The notes below the pieces were generated by a model. The model ran no database searches. It saw only the letters and a list, made by a program, of their open reading frames with translations, and was not told the DNA's origin. The translations under genes were made by a program, and so were the position numbers. Shown here piece after piece: positions 1-8,344 of a stretch of DNA of 64,000 bases (positions are counted from its first letter, which is position 1; the number at the start of each line of letters is the position of its first letter). Source of the stretch: a bacterium. Its GTDB lineage: Bacteria > Patescibacteriota > Saccharimonadia > Saccharimonadales > Saccharimonadaceae. Location of the stretch: the NCBI GenBank assembly GCA_963619155.1, contig CAVEVN010000013.1, positions 5,263 to 69,262 of the forward strand, written 5' to 3'.

Positions 1-2069
1 TTTGCCACATTTGGTGGAACTTCCTCATAAGCAAAGAGCTCCATCGACGAGGCTGCGCGCCCTTGGGTCATCCCGCGGAGGTCGCCAGTGTAACCAAAGA
101 GGTTCGCCAGCGGGCAAAACGCCTTGATTAACTTTGCGCCACCATTCAGATCTTCCATTTCGTCAATCCGGCCACGGCGCGAGTTGATATCACCAATCAC
201 GTCGCCCATGAATTCTTCCGGCGTGGTGATTTCAAGCTTCATCACCGGCTCGAGCAGGACCGGATTCGCTTTTTTGATACCTTCGCGAGTCGCCAAAGCA
301 CCAGCGAGCGTAAAGGCGAGTTCCGAAGAGTCGACATCGTGGTACGAACCATCATACAGCGTCGCTTTGACGTCGACCACCGGATAACCAGCAATCACGC
401 CACCCGCCAAAGTGTCCTCGACGCCTTTTTGGACCGGCTTGCGATATTCCTGCGGAACCACGCCACCCTTAATCTGGTCGATAAACTCAAAGCCCTTGCC
501 CGGTTCGTTCGGCTCAAACTTAATCCAAACATCACCATACTGACCACGACCACCAGATTGCTTGACGTGCTTACCTTGCGCTTCAGCTGTGCCCCGAATA
601 GTTTCACGGTAAGCCACCTGCGGCGCACCGGTATTTGCTTCAACACCGTGTTCACGCTTCAAACGATCAATAATAATCTCGAGGTGAAGCTCGCCCATCC
701 CCGAAATGATCGTCTGGCCAGTTTCTTCGTCGGTATGAACGCGGAAAGTCGGGTCTTCCTCAGCCATTTTCGACAACCCAATACCCATTTTTTCTTGGTC
801 GGCCTTGGTTTTTGGCTCCACGGCGATAGAAACTGGTGGGTCCGGAAATTCGATCGACTCTAGCAAAATTGGTTTTGCCGGCGAACAAAGCGTGGTACCA
901 GTGGTACAGTTTTTCAGCCCCACCACCGCGGCAATATCACCCGCGCCGATTTCGCTAATATCTTTGCGGTCGTTCGCGTGCATTCGCACCAACCGCCCGA
1001 TGCGTTCCTTGTCGCCAGTCGAAGCATTCAGTACCGTGTCGCCAGATTTGAGTTTGCCGGCATACACACGGATAAAGATTAACTTTCCCACGAACGGGTC
1101 GGTCGCAATCTTAAACGCCAGCGCCGTCAAAGGCTCTGAATTATCAGCTTTGCGCACGATTTGGTCGCCAGTTTTCGGGTCGGTCCCGACCGTTTGCCCC
1201 TGATCACGGTCTAGTGGGCTCGGCAAATAGTCGGTCATCAGGTCTAGCACCTTCTCGACAATCACCCCACGGCCATCGCCACCGGTTACCAAGAAGAAAT
1301 CGCCGTCCAGCACGCGTTTTCGAAGCGCCGCTTTGAGCTCCGGCACGGTAATCGCCTCTTCGCCTTCGTTGAAATACTTGTCCATCAAGGCTTCGTCAGC
1401 TTGTACCGCTTCCTCAATCAGCATCGAACGCGCATTTTTGGCTTTTTCCTGCATGTCTTCCGGAATTTCGCCAACCGTCAGCTCGTGGTCCGCGTAATCT
1501 TTGTAAGTGTAGGCTTTCATGTCAATCAGGTCAACCACACCACAGATGTCTTTTTCGAAACCAATCGGCAAGTGAATTGCTACCGCGTTTTTCGAGAGAC
1601 GCTTATGAATCGAATCCAGCGACTTATAGAAATCGCCACCGATTTGATTGATTTTGTTCACAAAACAGATGCGCGGCACGCCATATTTAGTCGCTTGACG
1701 CCACACAGTTTCGGATTGCGCCTCGACACCCATCTTGCCGTCGAACACCACCACCGCGCCGTCTAGCACACGCAGAGACCGTTCTACTTCCGCGGTAAAA
1801 TCGATATGCCCTGGGGTGTCGATAATGTTAATTTGGTGATTTTTCCAGTAAACCGTCACCGCCGCCGAAGTAATCGTGATGCCACGTTCCTTTTCCTGTT
1901 CCATCCAGTCGGTATCCGCGCCGCCGGTCCCGCCCTTTACTAGGTCGATTTTATGTTTCAACCCCGTCCGATACAAAATCGCTTCCGAGGTCGTCGTCTT
2001 GCCCGCGTCAATATGGGCAATAATCCCGATATTGCGCAGCATACTTAAATCCTTGATTTCAGTAGCCAT
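1..2069 (-). CDS. fusA: Elongation factor G, C-terminal end runs off the left window edge
   Basis: Absent from the ORF track because it is open at the window edge. My reverse-complement translation from ATG 2069..2067 reads MATEIKDLSMLRNIGIIAHIDAGKTTTSEAILY...NIIDTPGHIDFTAEVERSLRVLDGAVVVFD...GELHLEIIIDRLKREHGVEANTGAPQVAYRETI...FAYEEVPPNVA. GTPase G1 and G3 motifs and EF-G domain order are present. AGGAG lies just upstream of the ATG. Confidence 0.92.
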   Translation of the reverse strand, partial: MATEIKDLSMLRNIGIIAHIDAGKTTTSEAILYRTGLKHKIDLVKGGTGGADTDWMEQEKERGITITSAAVTVYWKNHQINIIDTPGHIDFTAEVERSLRVLDGAVVVFDGKMGVEAQSETVWRQATKYGVPRICFVNKINQIGGDFYKSLDSIHKRLSKNAVAIHLPIGFEKDICGVVDLIDMKAYTYKDYADHELTVGEIPEDMQEKAKNARSMLIEEAVQADEALMDKYFNEGEEAITVPELKAALRKRVLDGDFFLVTGGDGRGVIVEKVLDLMTDYLPSPLDRDQGQTVGTDPKTGDQIVRKADNSEPLTALAFKIATDPFVGKLIFIRVYAGKLKSGDTVLNASTGDKERIGRLVRMHANDRKDISEIGAGDIAAVVGLKNCTTGTTLCSPAKPILLESIEFPDPPVSIAVEPKTKADQEKMGIGLSKMAEEDPTFRVHTDEETGQTIISGMGELHLEIIIDRLKREHGVEANTGAPQVAYRETIRGTAEAQGKHVKQSGGRGQYGDVWIKFEPNEPGKGFEFIDQIKGGVVPQEYRKPVQKGVEDTLAGGVIAGYPVVDVKATLYDGSYHDVDSSELAFTLAGALATREGIKKANPVLLEPVMKLEITTPEEFMGDVIGDINSRRGRIDEMEDLNGGAKLIKAFCPLANLFGYTGDLRGMTQGRAASSMELFAYEEVPPNVA

Positions 2070-2192
2070 ATGCTCCTTTATATTATTATTGGTTCTTTTT
2101 GTAGCTCCACGCTCAAAAAAGACGTATTCCTGACCCCATTCTACCACATCTACAAAGAAAAATAAACCCCAAAATCGGGGTCCTATTTCCCA

Positions 2193-2221
2193 ATTATATC
2201 ACAGATTGCACAAAAAGTCAA
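2193..2221 (-). promoter_or_regulatory. Sigma70-type promoter for fusA
   Basis: The minus strand reads TTGACT, a 17-nt spacer ending ctgtga, then TATAAT. It lies about 125 nt upstream of the fusA ATG. Confidence 0.6.
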
Positions 2222-2338
2222 GTTCCAGCTCTAGCTTGTCTCTTAATCTTTATATGTCTACCTAATGGGTGTCCCGGGTGGCGTAGTAAATATTTCGGAC
2301 ACAGCACATTAAAACAAAGATCGCTCTAAAACTCGTCT

Positions 2339-2364
2339 CCCCAGCTATGCGCTGGGGATTTTTA
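2339..2364. terminator. GC hairpin, possible terminator downstream of ORF 2362..2775
   Basis: Stem CCCCAGC/GCTGGGG with a 5-nt loop, followed by ATTTTTA on the plus strand. On the minus strand the T-run is displaced, so the orientation is ambiguous. Confidence 0.4.
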
Positions 2365-2775
2365 ATCCCCTAGAGCTTCAGCATATCCAGGATATCCACC
2401 CTCGGGTCTGTGTTTAGGGTGTTGGAAATATAGAGTATGATAATATTTATCACCTACGGGTTCATTGGTGTCCACGCTGTAATCTTGACACCAAAACTTA
2501 GCCGCAACCTCATGATCCTGAGAAAGCCCATAACTTTCAAGCCCACAAACTCGATCATCTCGTCCATACATCATCTCGATATGGCGGCCCAACAGATGCT
2601 CTTCTAGCGCGAGATATTCCTTTTCTTCTTCATTTTTCATATTTATGCCACAATATACCAAAGCCCCGAACGTGACAATAAACAGACATCCAAAGATTAT
2701 AGTTAGTGTTTTGTATCTATTGGTCTTATATTGACTATTTTTCTGTTTACTAGCGTTTTTATTGATTTTTTTCAT
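2362..2775 (-). CDS. Hypothetical small membrane-anchored protein
   Basis: 137-aa ORF with a Lys-rich N-terminus followed by one hydrophobic helix (LTIIFGCLFIVTFGALVYCGI). The segment is AT-rich and I recognise no family. Confidence 0.5.
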   Translation of the reverse strand: MKKINKNASKQKNSQYKTNRYKTLTIIFGCLFIVTFGALVYCGINMKNEEEKEYLALEEHLLGRHIEMMYGRDDRVCGLESYGLSQDHEVAAKFWCQDYSVDTNEPVGDKYYHTLYFQHPKHRPEGGYPGYAEALGD

Positions 2776-2935
2776 TTTAAAACCTTTCGTTAACTATATT
2801 AAAGCATAAAGGTTTATAGAAAACAATATCATCGTATTGTCTCACAATCCTTATAACATAAAAATGCAGTTCTCGTTATCAAAAACAGATCATTTTACAT
2901 TTGCGCTAATTCGTTGTTTAGTAAAACGTCAAAAA

Positions 2936-4474
2936 TTAGGCGAGTTTCTGGCGCAGAATTTCTTGCACGCTGGACGGATTGGCTTTACCTTTCGACTCTT
3001 TCATCACTTGCCCGACCAAAAACCCTAAGACCTTTTCCGACCCGGCACGAAAATCATCTTGCGCCTGCTTCGTTTCCGGCTTCGAGAGCACCGCATCCAC
3101 AATCTTCTCTAGCGCCCCGAGGTCATTTTCTTGAATTAGCCCTAGTTCACTCGCAATCTGTTTCACGCCCCGTGTTTTCATCTGCGGGTCAAAGAGCCTC
3201 AAAAACACTTCTTTCGTCGCTGTCGAACTAAGCTCTTTTTTCGCGTTCATCTCTGCTAAAGTATTTAAAGCTTCCGCGCTTGGCAAATCGTTCAAAAATT
3301 CCGCCGACTTCTCCTCCGCCAGTAAAACAGACGTAAACAGGTTAGCAATCAGAGAAATGGCTGGACGCGCTTCATCGAGGACCGTAGGCTTGGCCGAGCG
3401 GCCTTGAGCGTGTCCGAGATGGAGTGCGTCAGCCATTTCTGCCTCTCGCGACCCGTCTCCCGAAAGGACTTGTTCTGGTTGCGAAGAGAGGCTAGCCATT
3501 TCTGCTAGCTTTTCCATCAATTCCGGATAATCTAGCAAAATCTCCAGAATATCCCCCGAAATCACGTCTCTAAACTCCCGTCGATAATCCGTCGGCATCA
3601 ACGGGAACTCAGTGAGCTGTTCGTCAATAAACTCATGAGACAAATTCAACGGCGGCAAATCCGGCTCCGGCATATACCGATAATCTTTGGCTTCTTCTTT
3701 CGAGCGTTGCCCCGTGGTTTTACCGGTGGCATCGCTCCACCCGCGCGTCTCCTGCACCACTTTTTCACCCGCCTCGAGCAACTTGGTTTGTCGCGCGATT
3801 TCATATTCTACCGCCCGTTCTACCGATCGGAACGAGTTCAAATTTTTGACTTCCGCTCGCGTGCCGAGCTCTTTCGAACCTTCCGGCGCCAGCGACACAT
3901 TTACATCAAACCGCATGTTTCCGTTATATAAATCTCCATAAGTCACTTTAGCGTAGCGCATTAGTCGCCACAATTCCTTACAATAATCGTGCGCGTCCTT
4001 TGCTGAATGAATATCCGGCATCGAAACAATTTCAATGAGCGGCGTGTCCACCCGATTCAAATCCACCAAAGAATAAGTCTCAAAATGGGTCAATTTCCCC
4101 GCGTCGCCCTCAAGGTGCGCGTGTTCAATCCGGATTTTAGTGCCCGATGGCAACTCGACAAACCCCGCCCCAATAATCGGGTGATAAAATTGCGTAATCT
4201 GGTAACCCTTAGGCGAGTCCGGATAAAAATAATGTTTGCGGTCAAACCGCGACTCAGCATTAATCTCGCAATTCATCGCGCGCCCCGCTCGCACCGCAAA
4301 CTTTACCGCCTCGCCGTTGAGTCTCGGCAACATTCCCGGTAACGCATAATCCACCGGCGACACGCACGAATTTGGTTCTTTTCCTCTTGCGTCGTTGTCT
4401 ACCTCGGAAAATAACTTGGTTTTGGTTGATAATTGCACGTGGCATTCGATGCCGATAGTCGGTAAATATTTCAT
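2936..4474 (-). CDS. gatB: Asp/Glu-tRNA(Asn/Gln) amidotransferase subunit B
   Basis: 512 aa. The N-terminus MKYLPTIGIECHVQLSTKTKLF and the motifs NRVDTPLIEIVSMPD and RFDVNVS are typical of GatB. A C-terminal YqeY-like tail is present. Confidence 0.95.
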   Translation of the reverse strand: MKYLPTIGIECHVQLSTKTKLFSEVDNDARGKEPNSCVSPVDYALPGMLPRLNGEAVKFAVRAGRAMNCEINAESRFDRKHYFYPDSPKGYQITQFYHPIIGAGFVELPSGTKIRIEHAHLEGDAGKLTHFETYSLVDLNRVDTPLIEIVSMPDIHSAKDAHDYCKELWRLMRYAKVTYGDLYNGNMRFDVNVSLAPEGSKELGTRAEVKNLNSFRSVERAVEYEIARQTKLLEAGEKVVQETRGWSDATGKTTGQRSKEEAKDYRYMPEPDLPPLNLSHEFIDEQLTEFPLMPTDYRREFRDVISGDILEILLDYPELMEKLAEMASLSSQPEQVLSGDGSREAEMADALHLGHAQGRSAKPTVLDEARPAISLIANLFTSVLLAEEKSAEFLNDLPSAEALNTLAEMNAKKELSSTATKEVFLRLFDPQMKTRGVKQIASELGLIQENDLGALEKIVDAVLSKPETKQAQDDFRAGSEKVLGFLVGQVMKESKGKANPSSVQEILRQKLA

Positions 4475-4893
4475 TAAATTGCTCCTAAATCTTTTAATGC
4501 TTGCTTGTAAATCTCCAAGGCATTCAGCGCCTGCTTGTAGCCAACTTCAAACCCCGCCTCGTGCGCAATCGCATTGCGCAACTTGTGCGCGCGCCACACT
4601 CCGTTCAAATTGCTAAATTTATCACCCCGTCGTTTCAACCGGTCGCCCATGGTTTTGCCCGGCACGCCCATTTCGATTAGAGCTTTGTCGAGCAATTTAT
4701 CTGCCTCAATAATCGTCGTCGTCCAAGTCGCCGGCGATTCTTTGCGCATTTTATTCTCGATCGCCAAAAAATCCGTCTGGTATTTTTCGCGGTTAAAAAC
4801 ATAGCCGCGCTTGCCAGTGAGCAGAATCGCCACAAAGACAAACACCGCAATAATCAGCACGGCGAAAATAAAAATTACTACTCCGCCATCCAT
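4474..4893 (-). CDS. Membrane-anchored hypothetical protein with an R-x4-H (HEPN-like) motif
   Basis: 139 aa with an N-terminal TM helix (VVIFIFAVLIIAVFVFVAILL) and a helical C-terminal part containing WRAHKLRNAIAHE. GAGG lies upstream of the ATG. Its stop overlaps the gatB start by 1 nt (TAATG). Confidence 0.65.
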   Translation of the reverse strand: MDGGVVIFIFAVLIIAVFVFVAILLTGKRGYVFNREKYQTDFLAIENKMRKESPATWTTTIIEADKLLDKALIEMGVPGKTMGDRLKRRGDKFSNLNGVWRAHKLRNAIAHEAGFEVGYKQALNALEIYKQALKDLGAI

Positions 4894-4914
4894 TACTTTC
4901 GACCTCTGTTAAAC

Positions 4915-4943
4915 TTGACTTTTTCGGCAATCTGTGCTATAAT
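4915..4943 (+). promoter_or_regulatory. Orphan consensus promoter pointing antisense into gatA
   Basis: The plus strand reads TTGACT, the 17-nt spacer ttttcggcaatctgtgc, then TATAAT. This is nearly identical to the fusA and uvrC promoters in this window, but no plus-strand gene lies downstream. Confidence 0.45.
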
Positions 4944-4950
4944 AGATAGA

Positions 4951-6336
4951 TTAGGCATTTTCTTGTAATTCCTTACTAAATTCAATCAATTTTTTATCAC
5001 TTCTCCTCGGTCCGATTAGTTGTAGCCCAATCGGTAACCCAGTTTTAGTCTCTCCAGCCGGAACCGCCAGCCCCGGCACACCCGCGAGATTTAGAGGTAC
5101 ACTCATCACGTCTTCGAGATACATCGCCACCGGGTCGTTGACCTTTTCGCCCAGCTTAAACGCCGGGCTGGGTGACACTGGCGTCAAAATGAAATCGCAC
5201 TGCTCGAACGCTTTTTGATATTCCTCGATAATCAAGGTCCGCGCCTTTGCCGCCTTCAAGAAATAGGCATCATAAAACCCGCTCGACAACACAAAGTTCC
5301 CAATCATAATTCGGCGTTTATTCTCCGGCATAAGCCCTTCGGACCGCGTCTCGGAATACAACTTATCTAAATCCGTCGACTTCTCCGACCGGAATCCATA
5401 TCGCACCCCGTCATGACGCGACAGGTTCGACGCCACCTCCGCCGGCACAATAATATAATAAGCCGCCAAGGCGTATTTGAGCGCCGGCATCGACAGCTCG
5501 ATAATCTCATGTCCCTTTGATTTTAATAATTCGCACTTCCGTTTCAACGCCTCTCGAATTTCCGCATTTACTGAATTATTATCGAAATCTTTGATAATAC
5601 CAATCCGTTTATTCCCGACGGGTCCTGCCGCCACTTTATTGTAATAATCGTCGAGTGTTGTCATATCTTTTGGATCCTTACCACTCGAAATCGACATCAA
5701 AAGATCCATATCTTCAGGGGTTTTGGTAAAGAAACCGATACAATCCGTCGACGACGCCATCGCCACCACCCCATACCGCGAATTACACCCATAAGTCGGT
5801 TTTAGCCCATACACACCATTAAACGAAGCCGGCTGCCGAATCGAACCGCCCGTGTCCGTCCCTGTCGCAAACTCCACAATGTCGAGCGCCACCGCCACCG
5901 CCGACCCCCCAGACGACCCGCCCGCTACACGCTCGCGGTCGTGCGAGTTCAAAGTCGGTCCAAAATACGAATTTTCGGTCGAGGACCCATGTGCAAACGC
6001 GTCCAAATTCGTCCGTCCAATCATAATCGCGCCCTCCGCCTCGAGCCGTTCTACCGTCGTCGCGGTAACTGGCGAGGTAAATCCTTCCAGAATATGCGCC
6101 GAAGCAGTGGTCTCGCCCTCGGGTGAGAGAAAATTGTCCTTCAACGCATACGGCACACCCGCGAGCTTGCCTACTTCTTCCCCGTTTGCAATCCGCCGGT
6201 CAATGGCGCGGGCTTTTTCCAGAGCTTTTTCCTCGTTTAAAAACGTAAAAATATGATAATCTTCAAATTTTTTCGCTTTTTCTAGTGCGTTTTTGACTAA
6301 ACTTTCAGCCGAAATTTCTTTAGTAGCAATTTTCAT
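4951..6336 (-). CDS. gatA: Glu-tRNA(Gln) amidotransferase subunit A (amidase signature family)
   Basis: 461 aa with the amidase signature GGSSGGSAVAVA...GTDTGGSIRQPASFNG. It is flanked by gatC and gatB. Confidence 0.95.
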   Translation of the reverse strand: MKIATKEISAESLVKNALEKAKKFEDYHIFTFLNEEKALEKARAIDRRIANGEEVGKLAGVPYALKDNFLSPEGETTASAHILEGFTSPVTATTVERLEAEGAIMIGRTNLDAFAHGSSTENSYFGPTLNSHDRERVAGGSSGGSAVAVALDIVEFATGTDTGGSIRQPASFNGVYGLKPTYGCNSRYGVVAMASSTDCIGFFTKTPEDMDLLMSISSGKDPKDMTTLDDYYNKVAAGPVGNKRIGIIKDFDNNSVNAEIREALKRKCELLKSKGHEIIELSMPALKYALAAYYIIVPAEVASNLSRHDGVRYGFRSEKSTDLDKLYSETRSEGLMPENKRRIMIGNFVLSSGFYDAYFLKAAKARTLIIEEYQKAFEQCDFILTPVSPSPAFKLGEKVNDPVAMYLEDVMSVPLNLAGVPGLAVPAGETKTGLPIGLQLIGPRRSDKKLIEFSKELQENA

Positions 6337-6623
6337 TATAATACCTTCGGAACTTTAATTTGATGATCTTTTTCTTCGGTCGTGAGTGCGAGGAGCTCTT
6401 CCCTGGTTGCGTCTTGTTTTATAATCTCGTCCGGCCGCCACACATTTTTCATTTCAAACACTTGATAAGTCGGCTCGACGCTCTCGGTATCTAGCTCGTC
6501 CAGCTGAGAAATATATTTAATAATGTCGCCTAGGTCGCGTTCCAAACTTTCCGCCTCCGCGTCAGAGACCGAAAAATTTGACAAACTCGCCAAATGCAAA
6601 ATATCCTCGCGTTTTATCTCCAT
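6336..6623 (-). CDS. gatC: Glu-tRNA(Gln) amidotransferase subunit C
   Basis: 95 aa, with an acidic helical N-terminus (HLASLSNFSVSDAEAE) and length typical of GatC. Its stop overlaps the gatA start by 1 nt. Confidence 0.88.
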   Translation of the reverse strand: MEIKREDILHLASLSNFSVSDAEAESLERDLGDIIKYISQLDELDTESVEPTYQVFEMKNVWRPDEIIKQDATREELLALTTEEKDHQIKVPKVL

Positions 6624-6641
6624 ATCTTTAATTATAGCACT

Positions 6642-8282
6642 TTATTTGACGTTGCGGAATAAGATTTTCTTGATAAATTTAAGGATCGGCTTGGCTTCGC
6701 GTAGGTCCAGGAAATAACTCGCAACTAGATATGCCACCAGCGACGTCGCCGTAATTAGCAAAAATTTCGGAATCGTAATCACTAGCGAATTGTCGGTCGC
6801 CATCAGTGGTACAAATTTTGTCATCGAAAATGCTACACACTCCGTCACCAAAGTCGCGACCAGCATCCGGAGCATCGCCCGCCAAAATTCTTTGTTGAAT
6901 AAATCTCCGTCTGAACGTTTTTGCAAAATCCCAAGCAAAATTACCATCTCGAGTACCGCACCGATCGATTGTGCCACCCCTAGCCCATCTACGCCCCAAT
7001 TCAGCACCGTAAACATAATCATCAGTCCAATCGTCAGCCCAATCGCCCCCACCGATACCCAAAACGGAGTTTTGGTATCTTGGCAAGCGTAAAATCCGCG
7101 CGAAGCAATATGAAACACCGACTTGGCAAAAATCGCGATACACAACGTCCCCAGCACCGACGCAATTGTCCCGTTACTGCTATTATTCCCGATGTTAGAA
7201 ATAAAACTCGTCACATAACCCCGTCCAAAAAACGCGATCACCGAAACCGGCAGCGCAATCCAAATAATCATCCGCAGCGCTTGCCGAAAAGTCTGATAAA
7301 ATTCCTTTTTGTCGCCCGAGCCGAGCTCTTCGGTCAGCTTAGGAAAATATGCTGTCGAAATCGCCACCCCGATGAGACTCACCGGCACGGTATGAAGCGT
7401 CGTGGCTTGGTCGAACGACCGCACTGCTCCCGCCCCCATGCGCGAAGACAAGTTCGTTGAAACTAGCGAGTTTACATAATCAATTCCCTGATCCAAAGAT
7501 CTCGCCGGTAGCAGTTTCAAAATCGACCGAAAACCTTGATTTTTCCAACTAATTTTGAAATTATAATCCATGCCCAGTCCAAACAGTCCAATCAGCGCCA
7601 CGATTAACTGCATCACCGCGCCGAGAATCACCCCAACCGCCACTCCCATAATCCCACCCTCAAACAGTTGCACTCCAAATAAATTAATTCCGCCTGTAAA
7701 ACATGTAATCCCGATAATAATCCCCACATTATAAATCGCCGGTGCAAAGGCATAAAACACAAATCGCCCCACCGCTTGCTGAATCGACGTCAGTACCGTC
7801 GCAATCGAAAACAAAAACGGATTAATCGCGATCACTCGCGTCATATTAATCGCGAGTACCATCCCGCTCTCGTCTAGTCCTGGTGAAACAATATATCGAA
7901 TCAGCGGGTCGGCAAAAATCATAATCAACACCGACGCAACAAGAGTCAAAATCGCCAGTAAATTCAGAAGCGACGTCGAAAGTTCCCACGCCGATTTTTT
8001 ATTCCCCGCCATCAACCGCTGATTAAATACTGGAATAAACGATACCGACAATGCACCCGAAGTCAAAATAAAAAACATAAAATCTGGAATCGTGAACGCC
8101 GCCGTGTAAGCGTCGATCCCCGTCGGGTAAGTGCCAAGATAATAAGAATTAAGGAGCCGATCGCGGAATAACCCAAGCAGTGCCGAAATTAAGGTCGACG
8201 AAGCCAGTAATATCGCCGCCGATTTAACCGACAGTTTTGCCTGTGCGAGCGTCACCACCGACTTAAACTTAAATTTCCTCAT
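6642..8282 (-). CDS. murJ: Lipid II flippase MurJ/MviN family
   Basis: 546 aa, polytopic with about 14 TM helices. The N-terminal LGLFRDRLLNSYYLG motif is typical of MurJ. Confidence 0.85.
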   Translation of the reverse strand: MRKFKFKSVVTLAQAKLSVKSAAILLASSTLISALLGLFRDRLLNSYYLGTYPTGIDAYTAAFTIPDFMFFILTSGALSVSFIPVFNQRLMAGNKKSAWELSTSLLNLLAILTLVASVLIMIFADPLIRYIVSPGLDESGMVLAINMTRVIAINPFLFSIATVLTSIQQAVGRFVFYAFAPAIYNVGIIIGITCFTGGINLFGVQLFEGGIMGVAVGVILGAVMQLIVALIGLFGLGMDYNFKISWKNQGFRSILKLLPARSLDQGIDYVNSLVSTNLSSRMGAGAVRSFDQATTLHTVPVSLIGVAISTAYFPKLTEELGSGDKKEFYQTFRQALRMIIWIALPVSVIAFFGRGYVTSFISNIGNNSSNGTIASVLGTLCIAIFAKSVFHIASRGFYACQDTKTPFWVSVGAIGLTIGLMIMFTVLNWGVDGLGVAQSIGAVLEMVILLGILQKRSDGDLFNKEFWRAMLRMLVATLVTECVAFSMTKFVPLMATDNSLVITIPKFLLITATSLVAYLVASYFLDLREAKPILKFIKKILFRNVK

Positions 8283-8344
8283 ATATATTATAATAACACA
8301 TAAAAAACTTTATGTTTTTGATTTTTTATGTATAATATAAACAT

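Noticed and set aside
2165-2190. A small hairpin, CCCC-gatttt-GGGG followed by a T-run on the minus strand, inside the fusA leader, considered as a possible attenuator.
   Set aside because: The stem is only 4-5 bp, which is too weak to call without transcript data. It is mentioned only as part of the fusA observation.
3359-3493. An apparent GC-rich insertion of about 35-45 aa in GatB (SSQPEQVLSGDGSREAEMADALHLGHAQGRSAKPTVLDE) between the helical domain and the YqeY-like tail.
   Set aside because: It cannot be evaluated without an alignment. The linker length in GatB varies between lineages, so it may be ordinary lineage-specific variation.
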